Of a stretch of 64,000 bases of DNA, positions 1-9,807 are shown in pieces. Within the stretch, counting starts at the first letter, position 1. Each line of letters starts with the position of its first letter. A program made the position numbers and the translations under genes. The stretch is from NCBI GenBank assembly GCA_030837225.1, contig JAUPKX010000007.1:158657-222656 (forward strand), in the 5' to 3' direction. Below the pieces are notes generated by a model, which was not told the DNA's origin, searched no databases, and worked only from the letters and a program-made list of their open reading frames with translations. The DNA comes from Patescibacteria group bacterium. GTDB lineage: Bacteria; Patescibacteriota; Minisyncoccia; Phycocordibacterales; Phycocordibacteraceae.

Positions 1-268
1 ACGTTGCTGCTGCAGCAACTGGATACGTACCATCTTCACCATACGAGGCACCTCGTAACAGGGTGAGCGATTCTCTCACACCGCGACTCGCGCTATCAAC
101 CGCAGTCGTTGCCTCAAGAAGAAACGCATTCGACCGATAGAAGTACGCAATCATAGACAGAAGTCCCACCCCTACAAGTCCCGTGAGTCCGATCACCACA
201 AGCATCTCTATAAGAGTAAGTCCTCTCTGGACCTTACGTGCGCTCGATACGGTATCGGTGTGATGCAT
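1..268 (-). CDS. pilin-like protein (partial, runs off window start); N-terminal prepilin-type motif GLTLIEMLVVIGL
   Basis: Minus-strand ATG at 266-268; translation MHHTDTVSSARKVQRGLTLIEMLVVIGLTGLVGVGLL shows class III (prepilin) signal/G-F/L-TLIE motif. Confidence 0.6.
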   Translation of the reverse strand, partial: MHHTDTVSSARKVQRGLTLIEMLVVIGLTGLVGVGLLSMIAYFYRSNAFLLEATTAVDSASRGVRESLTLLRGASYGEDGTYPVAAAAT

Positions 269-273
269 GACGG

Positions 274-1755
274 TTATTCTAGAATAATAACCGCTTCGGT
301 GGTCGTGCCCGGGTCGAGCGCGTAGGGAATCGTCGATGTCGGGCTCACGAGTGTATACCCATTAAAGATGAACGTGTACACGTCCCACTCAAGCGTAAGG
401 GGTCGTATGCCAGTCGCATCGGTGGTGTCGTCCATGACCGTCTTATAGAGCGGCGCACCGGCTCCTGTCGTACCCTTAGACTTCTCGCCGGTGAGCGTGA
501 ACGGGACGTTCGGAAACGGTACAGGACCCTCGTCAAACACGATTTCCCACATCTGCAGAGACGGCGCAAAGAGAATGTCAGAAGTAGAGAGTTGTGCTCG
601 TAGTGCGAGGCTTGGATACGTCGATGTAGACACAGCCGTCAAATCAATCGGAAACGTCGTGAAGCCAGAACTGTTCCCTGGCAGGACAGCATCTGGAAGA
701 GGTGCCCCGCTGCTATCAACTACGGACACAGCGAACGCTGTGTTTGCAGGGCTTGTGCCCGCAGCATCCACTGACGTCCATGCGGCGAGGTAGGTGGGGG
801 CGGTCGTGGTTGAGCGAGCACTTCCTGAAAGTGCGAAACTTCCCGAAGCACCCGAAAGCGTGAGGCTTCCTGCGCTCACCTGCACTGAAACCATCTCCGC
901 GAGATGTGTTACGTCCACGAACGAGTCGCTCGAGGTCGCAGCTCGTATCGGACTGTATGTCTTAATCGTAAACGATGAGAGGAGATCGATAGCAAAAGTA
1001 CCTGTGGTGGTCTGGTTCTGCACAACGGTGAGGTACCCTGGGGTTGGGTTCTGGTTTGTTTCATCACGCGCATACGTTTGTGCTGATGAGTACCCATCTT
1101 TAGAGACGGAAATGCGATAGTCAGTAGAGGTTGGTGCACCAGGAAGAATCACCGACCCTGCAATGTCAGAGAACGTGGTGACGTCTACCTCGGGAATGAG
1201 GCTTGGATTCTCAATACGCACACTCGCACCCGCCACCGGAGCGCCAACCGCATCAACGACATTCACACGGAGCGTGCCTCCGCCTGCGGTTGTCTCAATC
1301 GATGGCGGCACCACGTTTGAAACGATAACGATCTCCCGCTCCTCCCCACGGAACTGATACGTTGTGGCGACCCGTACGCGCTTATAGTCGGTCGGGATGC
1401 CGTTCGTATCCGCTGCCCCGCTCCCGTCCTTCGCATCATCTACATACTGCACGAGTGTGCGTACTCCGTACGGTATGCCGTTCATGGTTGTTGTTGCGTA
1501 CTGTTCAACCGGACCTGCCGGGATACCGCCGATTGTTCCAACAGAGTCGTATGTCAGAGAGCGGATGTATTCCATCTGCGTGGTTGCAATCGCCGTTGCG
1601 CCCGCCTTCGCTTTCGATGATGAAGAGATAAGTAGTGAGGCGCGCAAAAGGCCTAGGAGCCCGAGAAATACAATGAGTATGAGTGCAATGCCAATGATGA
1701 CGTCAATGAGTGACGTGCCTCGAGGTGCCTTCATATAGGTATGATAGCGCACCAT
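274..1755 (-). CDS. large minor pilin/pseudopilin-like protein with C-terminal beta-rich (carboxypeptidase-regulatory-like) domains
   Basis: N-terminus KAPRGTSLIDVIIGIALILIVFLGLL = prepilin cleavage/methylation-like helix; long Thr/Ser/Val-rich extracellular region; same operon as upstream pilin. Confidence 0.6.
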   Translation of the reverse strand: MVRYHTYMKAPRGTSLIDVIIGIALILIVFLGLLGLLRASLLISSSSKAKAGATAIATTQMEYIRSLTYDSVGTIGGIPAGPVEQYATTTMNGIPYGVRTLVQYVDDAKDGSGAADTNGIPTDYKRVRVATTYQFRGEEREIVIVSNVVPPSIETTAGGGTLRVNVVDAVGAPVAGASVRIENPSLIPEVDVTTFSDIAGSVILPGAPTSTDYRISVSKDGYSSAQTYARDETNQNPTPGYLTVVQNQTTTGTFAIDLLSSFTIKTYSPIRAATSSDSFVDVTHLAEMVSVQVSAGSLTLSGASGSFALSGSARSTTTAPTYLAAWTSVDAAGTSPANTAFAVSVVDSSGAPLPDAVLPGNSSGFTTFPIDLTAVSTSTYPSLALRAQLSTSDILFAPSLQMWEIVFDEGPVPFPNVPFTLTGEKSKGTTGAGAPLYKTVMDDTTDATGIRPLTLEWDVYTFIFNGYTLVSPTSTIPYALDPGTTTEAVIILE

Positions 1756-1765
1756 TGCGTGCTCT

Positions 1766-1984
1766 CTAGCTACTTCGACGACCTGGTTTCAATAGTTTCG
1801 ATAAAAGCGCGAAGAGCTCAATGGCCTCTTGCCGCGTAACATGCATTTCGGAGTCTTCGTCCGGACCAGTCACGAACAACACTACGCCAGGAACTCCCTG
1901 CACCAGCTCTTCACTTGCGCGTACATACACATCGTTCCCTTTCTCATTCCTGAAACGGATTGATACCACCTTTCCTATCGCCAT
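1766..1984 (-). CDS. hypothetical small protein (72 aa)
   Basis: ORF in gap between pilin-like gene and P-loop gene, co-oriented; no recognisable motif. Confidence 0.25.
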   Translation of the reverse strand: MAIGKVVSIRFRNEKGNDVYVRASEELVQGVPGVVLFVTGPDEDSEMHVTRQEAIELFALLSKLLKPGRRSS

Positions 1985-2036
1985 ATGCAGGCAGTGTAGC
2001 GCGATTGAGGGGTTGGGACGATGGCGGAGTTTGGAC

Positions 2037-2585
2037 CTAAGTCAATTGTCGCAGATACTCCTGTTCCTCCTTTTGAGAACGTAGTATCACTACTTTGTTT
2101 TTATGCGTTTCTACAAATTTGAGCAGTTTTGGTTTGTTCTTTCGTTCTCGTCGTATGATCTCTCGAAAAAATGTAATCTCGTCCCTAAGACCAAGTTCTG
2201 CATGTCGCTTTGGTTGAAAGAAAGCTCGGTGCATATGGTTAAGGAGTCGAACTGACAGAGGAATATCAAGAAAGACAATTGTGTCCGCAAGTGGCGCAAT
2301 CTCTTCCTGAACGTTCATATATACCCCATCGGAAACCCAGGACTCGGCTTTTGTTGCTTCCATGGCCCTTTCTTTTACTTTCTCCTTAACCTCATCAATG
2401 TTCGGCGTATCATGCCTGCCCTGTCGTCCGCCGTTCTCAAACCAGAAGCGGTCGAGGTGAATATGGGGTATGGAGAGTTTCTCTGAAATCTTCGCCGCAA
2501 GAGTAGACTTCCCGCTGGCCGGTAGCCCCACAATATCGATTCGCATACCATTAAGTGTATTTAAGGAGCGGCTCTCTAGAGTCAA
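2037..2585 (-). CDS. P-loop NTPase, small kinase-like (AAA_33/topology-modulation-like)
   Basis: Walker A IVGLPASGKSTLA followed by HIHLD motif; internal Met (MRIDIVG) may be true start. Confidence 0.6.
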   Translation of the reverse strand: MTLESRSLNTLNGMRIDIVGLPASGKSTLAAKISEKLSIPHIHLDRFWFENGGRQGRHDTPNIDEVKEKVKERAMEATKAESWVSDGVYMNVQEEIAPLADTIVFLDIPLSVRLLNHMHRAFFQPKRHAELGLRDEITFFREIIRRERKNKPKLLKFVETHKNKVVILRSQKEEQEYLRQLT

Positions 2586-2586
2586 C

Positions 2587-3798
2587 CTAAATCTTATCTG
2601 AAAGCGAGTAGATCGGTGTAATCATCGCCATCGCGAACACTCCCACGGCGCTTCCGATGAAGAGCATGAGTATCGGCTCAATGATAGTGGAGAGGTCTTT
2701 GGTGCGTTCCTCAACATCGTTCTCGTAGTACTGCGCGACCTGCCCGAGCATATCCGCCACTTTTCCCGTCTCCTCCCCTACCGCGATCATGTCACCCACG
2801 AAGACAGGATAGAGCTTGGCATGGTCAGTGAACGAGACAGAGAGTGTTTCACCCTTACGAACACGCTCTTCAGCTTCCTTAATCACTTTTCCAAACGAGT
2901 TGTCCCCTACCACTTCCGCAGCAATACTAAGAGCGGAAAGCATCTCAACGCCTGACGACAAGAGCGAAGACATCGCGCGAGCGGCTCTGGCACTCATAGT
3001 CTCGCGAACGAGCTCGCCAATAACCGGAACACGGAGCGCAAGGAAGAGCGTTATGCGGCCTCCAATCTTTGATTTCAAGAAGAATATAAAACCGGTAATG
3101 AAAACTACGAGCATAACGAACACGAGAATCGCATTCGCCGCCATAAAGTCTGATGCACCGATGATTACTTTCGTTGCAGTCGGCAGCTCGACGTTAAGCT
3201 CCTTGAAAGTATTCGACAAGGTCGGCACCACGAAGATCATCATGAGGATACCGATTACGATAATCGCAACGAGAATGATGGCCGGATAGATCATGGCGCC
3301 CTTCACCTTCTTCTGAAGCGTATTGGCCTTATCCATCTGGCGCGCAACAACCGCGAGCGCATCAGCCAAGGTTCCCGATTCTTCGCCTGCCTTACTCATC
3401 GCAATGAAGAGATCCGAGAAGACTTTCCGATGTCTGGCGAGTGCCTCATGGAAAGACGACCCTTTCTTCACCTCTTCCTCAAGATCCATAACGATCTTCT
3501 TCAGCGCCTTATTCTTTGTCTGTCGCTCGATAACGGAGAGCGCGCGGGTTAGCGTAAGGCCAGCAGCAATCATGGCTGCTAGATTCTTGGTAAAGGTAAT
3601 CTTCTCGTCGGTCTTTACGCCGGTACCAATCGTTATCTGTGTCCATGCAGGCAAGAGTGTGCCGCTTCCCTCTTGTACAGAAACAACAACACCTCCCTCT
3701 TTCTCTACCTGCTCGTACACTGCAAAGCGAGACGGCGCATCAATAACGCGCTTCGTCTCTTCTCCTTCGGGACTTTTCGAGGTTACGCGAAATTTCAT
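2587..3798 (-). CDS. pilC: type IV pilus assembly platform protein PilC (GspF family)
   Basis: 403 aa, two GspF-like repeats with three TM segments typical of T2SSF/PilC; sits next to PilB. Confidence 0.85.
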   Translation of the reverse strand: MKFRVTSKSPEGEETKRVIDAPSRFAVYEQVEKEGGVVVSVQEGSGTLLPAWTQITIGTGVKTDEKITFTKNLAAMIAAGLTLTRALSVIERQTKNKALKKIVMDLEEEVKKGSSFHEALARHRKVFSDLFIAMSKAGEESGTLADALAVVARQMDKANTLQKKVKGAMIYPAIILVAIIVIGILMMIFVVPTLSNTFKELNVELPTATKVIIGASDFMAANAILVFVMLVVFITGFIFFLKSKIGGRITLFLALRVPVIGELVRETMSARAARAMSSLLSSGVEMLSALSIAAEVVGDNSFGKVIKEAEERVRKGETLSVSFTDHAKLYPVFVGDMIAVGEETGKVADMLGQVAQYYENDVEERTKDLSTIIEPILMLFIGSAVGVFAMAMITPIYSLSDKI

Positions 3799-3867
3799 AA
3801 AAGAATCGTAGCATGCAAAACGATGTGGGCCGGATTCTCACGAGGAGAATCCGGCCCGGCGGCGATA

Positions 3868-4044
3868 CCTACACCCCCTTCGACACGAAACCGTAGCTCT
3901 GCACCTCCTTCGGGTCGAGGTGGCCACGCACGAATGCGACGAAGAAGAACAGGGTCACTGCGCTGCTGATCACAACGACGGGACTGAAACCGAGCGCGTA
4001 CGCAACGAGTGCAGCGAACATACAAATAACAAACAGACGACGCA
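3868..4044 (-). CDS. small membrane protein (about 58 aa), not in ORF track
   Basis: Minus-strand ATG near 4044 preceded by GGGAGGACCACA (SD-like); translation MRRLFVICMFAALVAYALGFSPVVVISSAVTLFFFVAFVRG... two hydrophobic helices; coordinates approximate. Confidence 0.3.
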
Positions 4045-4124
4045 TTGTGGTCCTCCCATATCAGTCCCTGTTTGGCTCAATACCGAACAATCGGGATGAT
4101 TAAGACACCTTATACTATAAGGCT

Positions 4125-5879
4125 CTATTCGGAAACCGCTCGCAACACCTCCTCAACCGACGTAATGCCGCGCGTGGACTTATAGAGCCCGTCCTCAAGC
4201 ATCGTGAGCATGCCTTCCTTGCGAGCTTGCGCTTCAATGGCGTCGGGTGCTGCGTTGTGAAGAATGAGCTCGCGAAGCGCAGACGAAAGCATCAAGACCT
4301 CATGAATACCAATACGGCCGGAGTATCCGTCCTCACACTGAGCAGACGGTACCGGCTTGTAGAACGGAACTTTATCCATGGTTGTTCCTTCCTTCACAAG
4401 CTTCTCTTCGAGAAGAGCCTTCATAACATTGTCGAACTTATCGTCGCTAGCAACCTTGCTACGTTCCATCGCATCAAGCGCGTACTGCTCTTTGCCGTCA
4501 CAGAGTCTGCGCACAAGACGCTGACCCATAACCATGCGGAGCGTTGAGACCAAGAGGAATGGTTCCACACCCATGTCCATAAGTCGTGGGATAGCGCCTG
4601 CAGCGGAATTCGTGTGAATGGTTGAGAGTACGAGGTGTCCCGTAAGTGCGGCGTTAATCGCAAGAGATGCTGTCTCCGCATCACGAATCTCTCCCACCAT
4701 GATGATGTTTGGGTCCTGGCGAAGGAGGGCACGAAGACCGTTCGCGAACGTAAACCCTATGGCTGGGTTCACCTGTGTCTGATTCACGCGCTTCATCTGG
4801 TACTCGATCGGGTCCTCAACGGTAGAAATGTTTACGTCCGGCGTATTCAAAATATCGAGGATGGTATAGAGGGTCGTGGTCTTTCCGGAACCAGTCGGTC
4901 CGGAAATCAAAATGATACCCGTAGTCTGTTTCATAGACTGATGCACCCGCTCAAGCCCCGAGCCATGGAACCCGAGCACATCGAGGGTAAATCCTTCGCC
5001 GGTCTCCCTCAACAAACGCATAACGATCTTCTCGCCGTAGTAGGTCGGGAGAAGTGACACGCGGAAGGACACCTTGTCCGCTTCAGTCTCCATCTTGAAG
5101 CGTCCGTCCTGCGGAAGACGCTTCTCATCGAGCTTCAAATTCGCAAGCACCTTGATGCGCGCGGTGATGCCGGGGGCGGCAGTGCGCGGCAACGTCATCG
5201 CGTCGTGCAAGACCCCGTCGATGCGGTACCGCACGAGTACCTCTGTCTCCATGGGCTCGATATGAATGTCGGATGCCTTTTGGATGATGGCGTGACGAAG
5301 CAACGTATCAACAATGCGTACAATCGGCAGGTCCTCGGCCATCTTCTTGAGATCCTCGCCTGATGCCTCGTCTCCAGACTGTCCGTCCTTTATTAGGTTA
5401 ATGCGGCCCGCTTCCGTGGTGATGAGGTCGCCGAACTCTTCCTTTAAAGACTTCTGGTACTGCAGCAGTACATTCTTCAAAGACTCGTCGTCTGTTAGGC
5501 GCGGAAGAATCTTTAGTCCTGTGGTCTTTCGGACCGAATCGATAGAGGGAAGATCCTCAGTATCAAGCATCGCTACCTCGAGCGAGTTTCCGTCCTTCTT
5601 AAACGCAACAATGGAGTGAGTACGTGCAATTGGTTCTGGAATCAAAGAGAGGACGTTCAAGTCGATCTTCTTGTCCTTCAAGTTAACGAACGGGATGCCG
5701 AGCACGTATGCCTTAATGCGACGAAGGCTATCGCTTGAGAGAAGTCCCTGCGCAATCAATATGTCGCCAATGGATTGCTTCTTCCGTTTCGCTTCTTCGT
5801 CTGCAGCATCGACATCCTTTCGAGACACGAGTCCGGAGTCGAGGATAAATTCTTTGAGTTCGCTTTCAGAGACCTGCAT
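4125..5879 (-). CDS. pilB: type IV pilus assembly ATPase PilB (GspE family)
   Basis: GspII N-domain, Walker A SGPTGSGKTTTLY, Asp box, Walker B, His box; likely start MQVSESELKEF at 5879 (track start 5993 is an upstream extension); TATACT -10 just upstream. Confidence 0.9.
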   Translation of the reverse strand: MQVSESELKEFILDSGLVSRKDVDAADEEAKRKKQSIGDILIAQGLLSSDSLRRIKAYVLGIPFVNLKDKKIDLNVLSLIPEPIARTHSIVAFKKDGNSLEVAMLDTEDLPSIDSVRKTTGLKILPRLTDDESLKNVLLQYQKSLKEEFGDLITTEAGRINLIKDGQSGDEASGEDLKKMAEDLPIVRIVDTLLRHAIIQKASDIHIEPMETEVLVRYRIDGVLHDAMTLPRTAAPGITARIKVLANLKLDEKRLPQDGRFKMETEADKVSFRVSLLPTYYGEKIVMRLLRETGEGFTLDVLGFHGSGLERVHQSMKQTTGIILISGPTGSGKTTTLYTILDILNTPDVNISTVEDPIEYQMKRVNQTQVNPAIGFTFANGLRALLRQDPNIIMVGEIRDAETASLAINAALTGHLVLSTIHTNSAAGAIPRLMDMGVEPFLLVSTLRMVMGQRLVRRLCDGKEQYALDAMERSKVASDDKFDNVMKALLEEKLVKEGTTMDKVPFYKPVPSAQCEDGYSGRIGIHEVLMLSSALRELILHNAAPDAIEAQARKEGMLTMLEDGLYKSTRGITSVEEVLRAVSE

Positions 5880-5952
5880 GCTGTTTGTGTGTAAAGTATA
5901 GCGCGCCGCGAGATGAATCGCGGCGCGCATATGGTTTATGTCGGGGAAAGAA

Positions 5953-6348
5953 TCAGTCGTCGTTCTTGAGTGGATGCGGCCAAAACACCACAAAGCCTAT
6001 CCTCTCAACCTTCTCTCCCTCAGAAGATTCATGTTCACCTGTGAACTTCTTGAAGGTGTACCCGTCCGCCATGAAAAGCCGCTCGGCGTGTAGGAGCACG
6101 CTCCCGGCTTCAGGATACTCAGCGGGCAGGAGAATGGTCGTCGAGAAATTGCCTTGAGAAGCTTCCAGGTCGATTCTCTCAAGCCACGTCCCCTCATATG
6201 CTCGGCGCACCGTAACCTCGATACTTGTCGAAGCTTCAGGCTTCTGGGTGGGATCGAATATTCTGAAGACATCTTCGGCGCTTGCCTGCGCAAGTGCTCC
6301 CAACGCCTTGTATCCACTACTCTCTGCACGGTTCATCAGAACCTCCAT
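5953..6348 (-). CDS. hypothetical protein (131 aa from MEVLMNRAESSG)
   Basis: ORF with GAGGATTAACTATG RBS at internal Met; no recognised domain. Confidence 0.4.
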   Translation of the reverse strand: MEVLMNRAESSGYKALGALAQASAEDVFRIFDPTQKPEASTSIEVTVRRAYEGTWLERIDLEASQGNFSTTILLPAEYPEAGSVLLHAERLFMADGYTFKKFTGEHESSEGEKVERIGFVVFWPHPLKNDD

Positions 6349-6514
6349 AGTTAATCCTCGGCTACAGTAGCGCTCCCGGCACATTGACGCAACACCTATA
6401 TATGGTATCTTCTCCCTATCTGGAATGTCCGCCCCCGCGGGCATTTATTTTTAGGAATCCAGAGATACGTGCGAAAATAGAATAATAGAGTGCGAACAAC
6501 TAAATACAGGACCT

Positions 6515-7903
6515 ATGTTGGATCTTAAGACAATCAATTCAGTGCTCGGAGAGTTCGAGGAGCGCGGTATCACCAAGGAAACCATGGTGGACGCTATCGA
6601 GCAGGCCATGGCAACGGCCTATAAGAAGGAATACGGAAAGCGCGGCCAGGTGGTACGCGGCATGCTCGATATGGATTCGGGTACCGTTACCTTCGAGCAG
6701 GTAAAGACTATCGTGGACGACACGATGGTGCGTTTCCCTGAGGAGGGTGAAGAGGTAAACGACCTTCCGGCGCATCACCCGCACTTTGACCGCGAGGAAG
6801 AGGTCGCTGAAGGCGAACTCCCCCGCTACGACGCGGAGAAGCACATTCTTCTTGAGGACGCGAAGCGTATCAAGCGCACTGCAGAGCTTGGCGAGGAGAT
6901 CATCTTCCCGCTCGAGCCACAGGACGACTTCGGTCGCATTGCAGCACAGACGGCGAAGCAGGTTGTTATTCAAAAGATCCGCGAGGCTGAGAAGCTTTCT
7001 ATCCTCGACGAATTTGGACACAAGAAGGGCGAGATTGTCACGGGTGTCGTGCAGCGCGCTGAACGCGGCGCAATCTTCGTCGACCTCGGACGGGCAACGG
7101 GCATCATTCCCTACGAGGAGCAGATCCCCGGCGAGCGCTACCGTCCAGGAGAGCGCATTAGCGCGTACCTCTACGCGGTAGACGAAGGATTCCGTGGCGT
7201 ATATCTCCGCCTTTCCCGTTCCCATCCTCGCTTCCTTACCCGTCTCTTTGAGATGGAGGTGCCAGAGCTCGCAGCGGGCGCTATTGAGATCAAGGGCCTC
7301 GCCCGCGAACCCGGCAGCCGCACCAAGATTGCAATTGCATCGAACGATCCGCACGTAGATCCCGTTGGATCACTCGTTGGCCAGCGCGGCGTTCGCGTCT
7401 CGACCGTTATGGCAGCACTTGGTGGCGAGCGCATCGACATCATCGAATGGTCCGAGGTCCAGGCGGCCTACATTAAGGAGTCTCTTTCTCCTGCAACCAT
7501 CATCGAAGTTGTTCTCGACGAGGAAGGACACCGTGCGAGCGTTACCGTTACCGAGGACCAGCAGTCTCTTGCTATCGGTCGCGGCGGCCAGAATGTTCGC
7601 CTCGCAGCGAAGCTCACCGGCTGGAACATCGACATCATGGCCGTTGGCGGCACAAACGTCGCTGAGAGCGAAGCACCGGTTGAGATTGCTGAAGGCGCGT
7701 CCGACGAATCCGTAGCAGCACTTGAGGAGGCTGAGGACATGGATCCAGCGGTAGCTGCAGGTATCGACCCAACCGAGACCGAGTCTCTTATCACGGAGGA
7801 TGCCCAGACTGACAGCGCACTCACCGTTGAAGACGAGACCACCCTTACGGACAACGGTTCCGTTGCTGACGCTGAAGAAGCGCGCGATGAATCTGCGGCA
7901 TAG
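6515..7903 (+). CDS. nusA: transcription termination/antitermination factor NusA
   Basis: NusA N-terminal domain, S1 and two KH regions (GRGGQNVRLA), acidic C-terminal tail. Confidence 0.9.
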   Translation: MLDLKTINSVLGEFEERGITKETMVDAIEQAMATAYKKEYGKRGQVVRGMLDMDSGTVTFEQVKTIVDDTMVRFPEEGEEVNDLPAHHPHFDREEEVAEGELPRYDAEKHILLEDAKRIKRTAELGEEIIFPLEPQDDFGRIAAQTAKQVVIQKIREAEKLSILDEFGHKKGEIVTGVVQRAERGAIFVDLGRATGIIPYEEQIPGERYRPGERISAYLYAVDEGFRGVYLRLSRSHPRFLTRLFEMEVPELAAGAIEIKGLAREPGSRTKIAIASNDPHVDPVGSLVGQRGVRVSTVMAALGGERIDIIEWSEVQAAYIKESLSPATIIEVVLDEEGHRASVTVTEDQQSLAIGRGGQNVRLAAKLTGWNIDIMAVGGTNVAESEAPVEIAEGASDESVAALEEAEDMDPAVAAGIDPTETESLITEDAQTDSALTVEDETTLTDNGSVADAEEARDESAA

Positions 7904-7916
7904 TACTCTGTATTCT

Positions 7917-8441
7917 ATGAACCTTCTTCACGACATCGCTCCGGGCACGAAGGACGAGATGAATGTAGTCATCGAGATTCCTCGCGGCTCGCACAACAAG
8001 TATGAGATAGACAAGGAGACGGGTATCATTGCGCTCGACCGCGTACTGCACACCGCGCAGACCTACCCGTTTGATTACGGCTTCGTGCCGCAGACACTGT
8101 GGGACGATGGTGATGCGCTTGATGTTGTTCTCCTCACCACCAATCCTCTTCTTCCCGGCATCTTGGTTCGCGCACGCCCTATCGCAACCCTTCCTATGGT
8201 TGATGGCGGCGACTCAGACGAGAAGATTCTCGCCGTACCAATTGCAGATCCACGCTTTGCTGATGTGCACGACCTCAGTGACGTGAACAAGCACACGCTC
8301 AAGGAGATCGCGCACTTCTTCGAGACGTACAAGAAGATACAGAACAAGGAAGTGTCTCTTGGTGCCTGGGCTGACAAGGCAGCCGCACAAGCAGCATTCG
8401 ATCGCTCCGTAGCGATGTATCAGGAGAAGAAATCAGCATAA
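7917..8441 (+). CDS. ppa: inorganic pyrophosphatase
   Basis: MNLLHDIAPGTKDEMNVVIEIPRGSHNKYEIDKETG and DGDALDV motifs typical of family I PPase; track start 7800 overlaps nusA and is rejected. Confidence 0.9.
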   Translation: MNLLHDIAPGTKDEMNVVIEIPRGSHNKYEIDKETGIIALDRVLHTAQTYPFDYGFVPQTLWDDGDALDVVLLTTNPLLPGILVRARPIATLPMVDGGDSDEKILAVPIADPRFADVHDLSDVNKHTLKEIAHFFETYKKIQNKEVSLGAWADKAAAQAAFDRSVAMYQEKKSA

Positions 8442-8557
8442 CTAGCGCTTTCAGAAAACCCGAGTCTCAATGGAGACCCGGGTTTTCTCGTATCCCCACC
8501 AGATAGCCACCCAACCCTTCTTTCCCCTATACTTAGGGCACACCTAATCAATCATCT

Positions 8558-8851
8558 ATGGAACAAGCACCAGATCAGAATATGAACCCAGGGAGCGTTA
8601 CTCCTCCGCCGGCAGCAGCACCTATGGCAGACGCGCCAAAGAATCCTGCCGCATTTGGTTCAGTCCTCGGCATCATTCTAATCGTCGCGATTCTTGTTGC
8701 TGGCGCGTTCTATGTCTGGAACGAGCGTCTCGGCACGAGCGAGATGCCCGAGAATGGCGTTCGTGGCGAAGTCCTTCCTGACGGCTCTATGCCGACCGTT
8801 GAAGGTGCTGCAGACATTGAAGAGGGCGAGAACGGCCCGGTACCGCAGTAG
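8558..8851 (+). CDS. small Pro/Ala-rich single-pass membrane protein
   Basis: One hydrophobic helix LGIILIVAILVAGAFYVW; followed by hairpin terminator near 8868-8898. Confidence 0.4.
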   Translation: MEQAPDQNMNPGSVTPPPAAAPMADAPKNPAAFGSVLGIILIVAILVAGAFYVWNERLGTSEMPENGVRGEVLPDGSMPTVEGAADIEEGENGPVPQ

Positions 8852-8991
8852 TTACATACCAGGAGTAAGCAAAAGTCCCGCCACATGCGGGACTTTTGCT
8901 ATACAGTCGAACACTGCATCTGGATCGGTTAGCGGTATACTAGGCCACAGCATCACGAGATTCGTGACTGCCCTAAGCATTCCTACTACCT

Positions 8992-9807
8992 ATGAGAATA
9001 TCAATTCTAGCGTTGCTCTTCCTTAGCCTTATTGTCTCGGGCGGAAGTGCACATGCACAGGACATAGTTCCTGGCACAACCACCGTTCCTTCTGTAGACA
9101 CTCCAACAAGGACACAACAGGAGAAGCCACCACTTAAGGAACGACTCAAGGGTGCGCAGGACCAGTTTCTCCAGCACCAAAACCAAGTGAAGGCTCGAGT
9201 GTCAGAGGTTAAAGACTCGGTCCCAGTAAAAGTAGAAGGTATTAAAGCCGAGGTTATGGAGCGACGCGAGGCGATGAAGAATATGATTTCCGAACGCCGC
9301 GCGCTTCAGGGCATGAAGCCTGAGGAACGAAAAGAGGCCGTGCAAACTCACATTGAGGAGCGCAAGGGATTCCTCATAGAGAAGCGTGCTGCATTTGCCT
9401 CAAGTACCGAGGAGCGCCGAGAGAAATTCTCTTCGAAGCTTGGAGAGAGCGCAGTCGTGAGCTTCAACAATGCAGTACAGCTTATGAATGCCATGATCCT
9501 ACGTCTTTCAGGCATAGCAGACAGAATTGATGCACGTATAGATGTGCTTGCCGCAGACGGAATCGACGTCGGCGACGCTGAAGTAGCACTGGCGTCTGCG
9601 CGCACGAATATTAGTGAGGCAGAAGCCGCCATAGCTTCGCTTTCAGATGCGATATCTGATGCACTCGCGAGTGAAACGCCGCGCGAGTCCTTTCAGGCAA
9701 CGCGCGCGCTTGCTCAAACAGCAAAGGCTGCAATTCGCTCGGCACACGAAGCGCTGAGAAGCGCGGTGCAAGCATTGCCAAAGCCGGGTACAGAAACAGG
9801 AACCTAA
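8992..9807 (+). CDS. secreted coiled-coil protein, hypothetical
   Basis: Signal peptide MRISILALLFLSLIVSGGSAHAQD, Lys/Glu/Arg-rich coiled-coil region. Confidence 0.5.
   Translation: MRISILALLFLSLIVSGGSAHAQDIVPGTTTVPSVDTPTRTQQEKPPLKERLKGAQDQFLQHQNQVKARVSEVKDSVPVKVEGIKAEVMERREAMKNMISERRALQGMKPEERKEAVQTHIEERKGFLIEKRAAFASSTEERREKFSSKLGESAVVSFNNAVQLMNAMILRLSGIADRIDARIDVLAADGIDVGDAEVALASARTNISEAEAAIASLSDAISDALASETPRESFQATRALAQTAKAAIRSAHEALRSAVQALPKPGTETGT

Noticed and set aside
2816-3811. ORFs 2816-3289(+) and 3323-3811(+) antisense to pilC; likewise 4227-5901 small plus-strand ORFs antisense to pilB
   Set aside because: Completely embedded opposite strongly supported conserved genes. No motifs. 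Typical antisense ORFs.
6539-7854. Minus- and plus-frame ORFs (6539-7354, 6786-7181, 7171-7443, 7365-7715, 7468-7854) overlapping nusA
   Set aside because: Overlap a well-supported nusA frame. Arg/Ser/Ala-rich low-complexity translations typical of off-frame reading.
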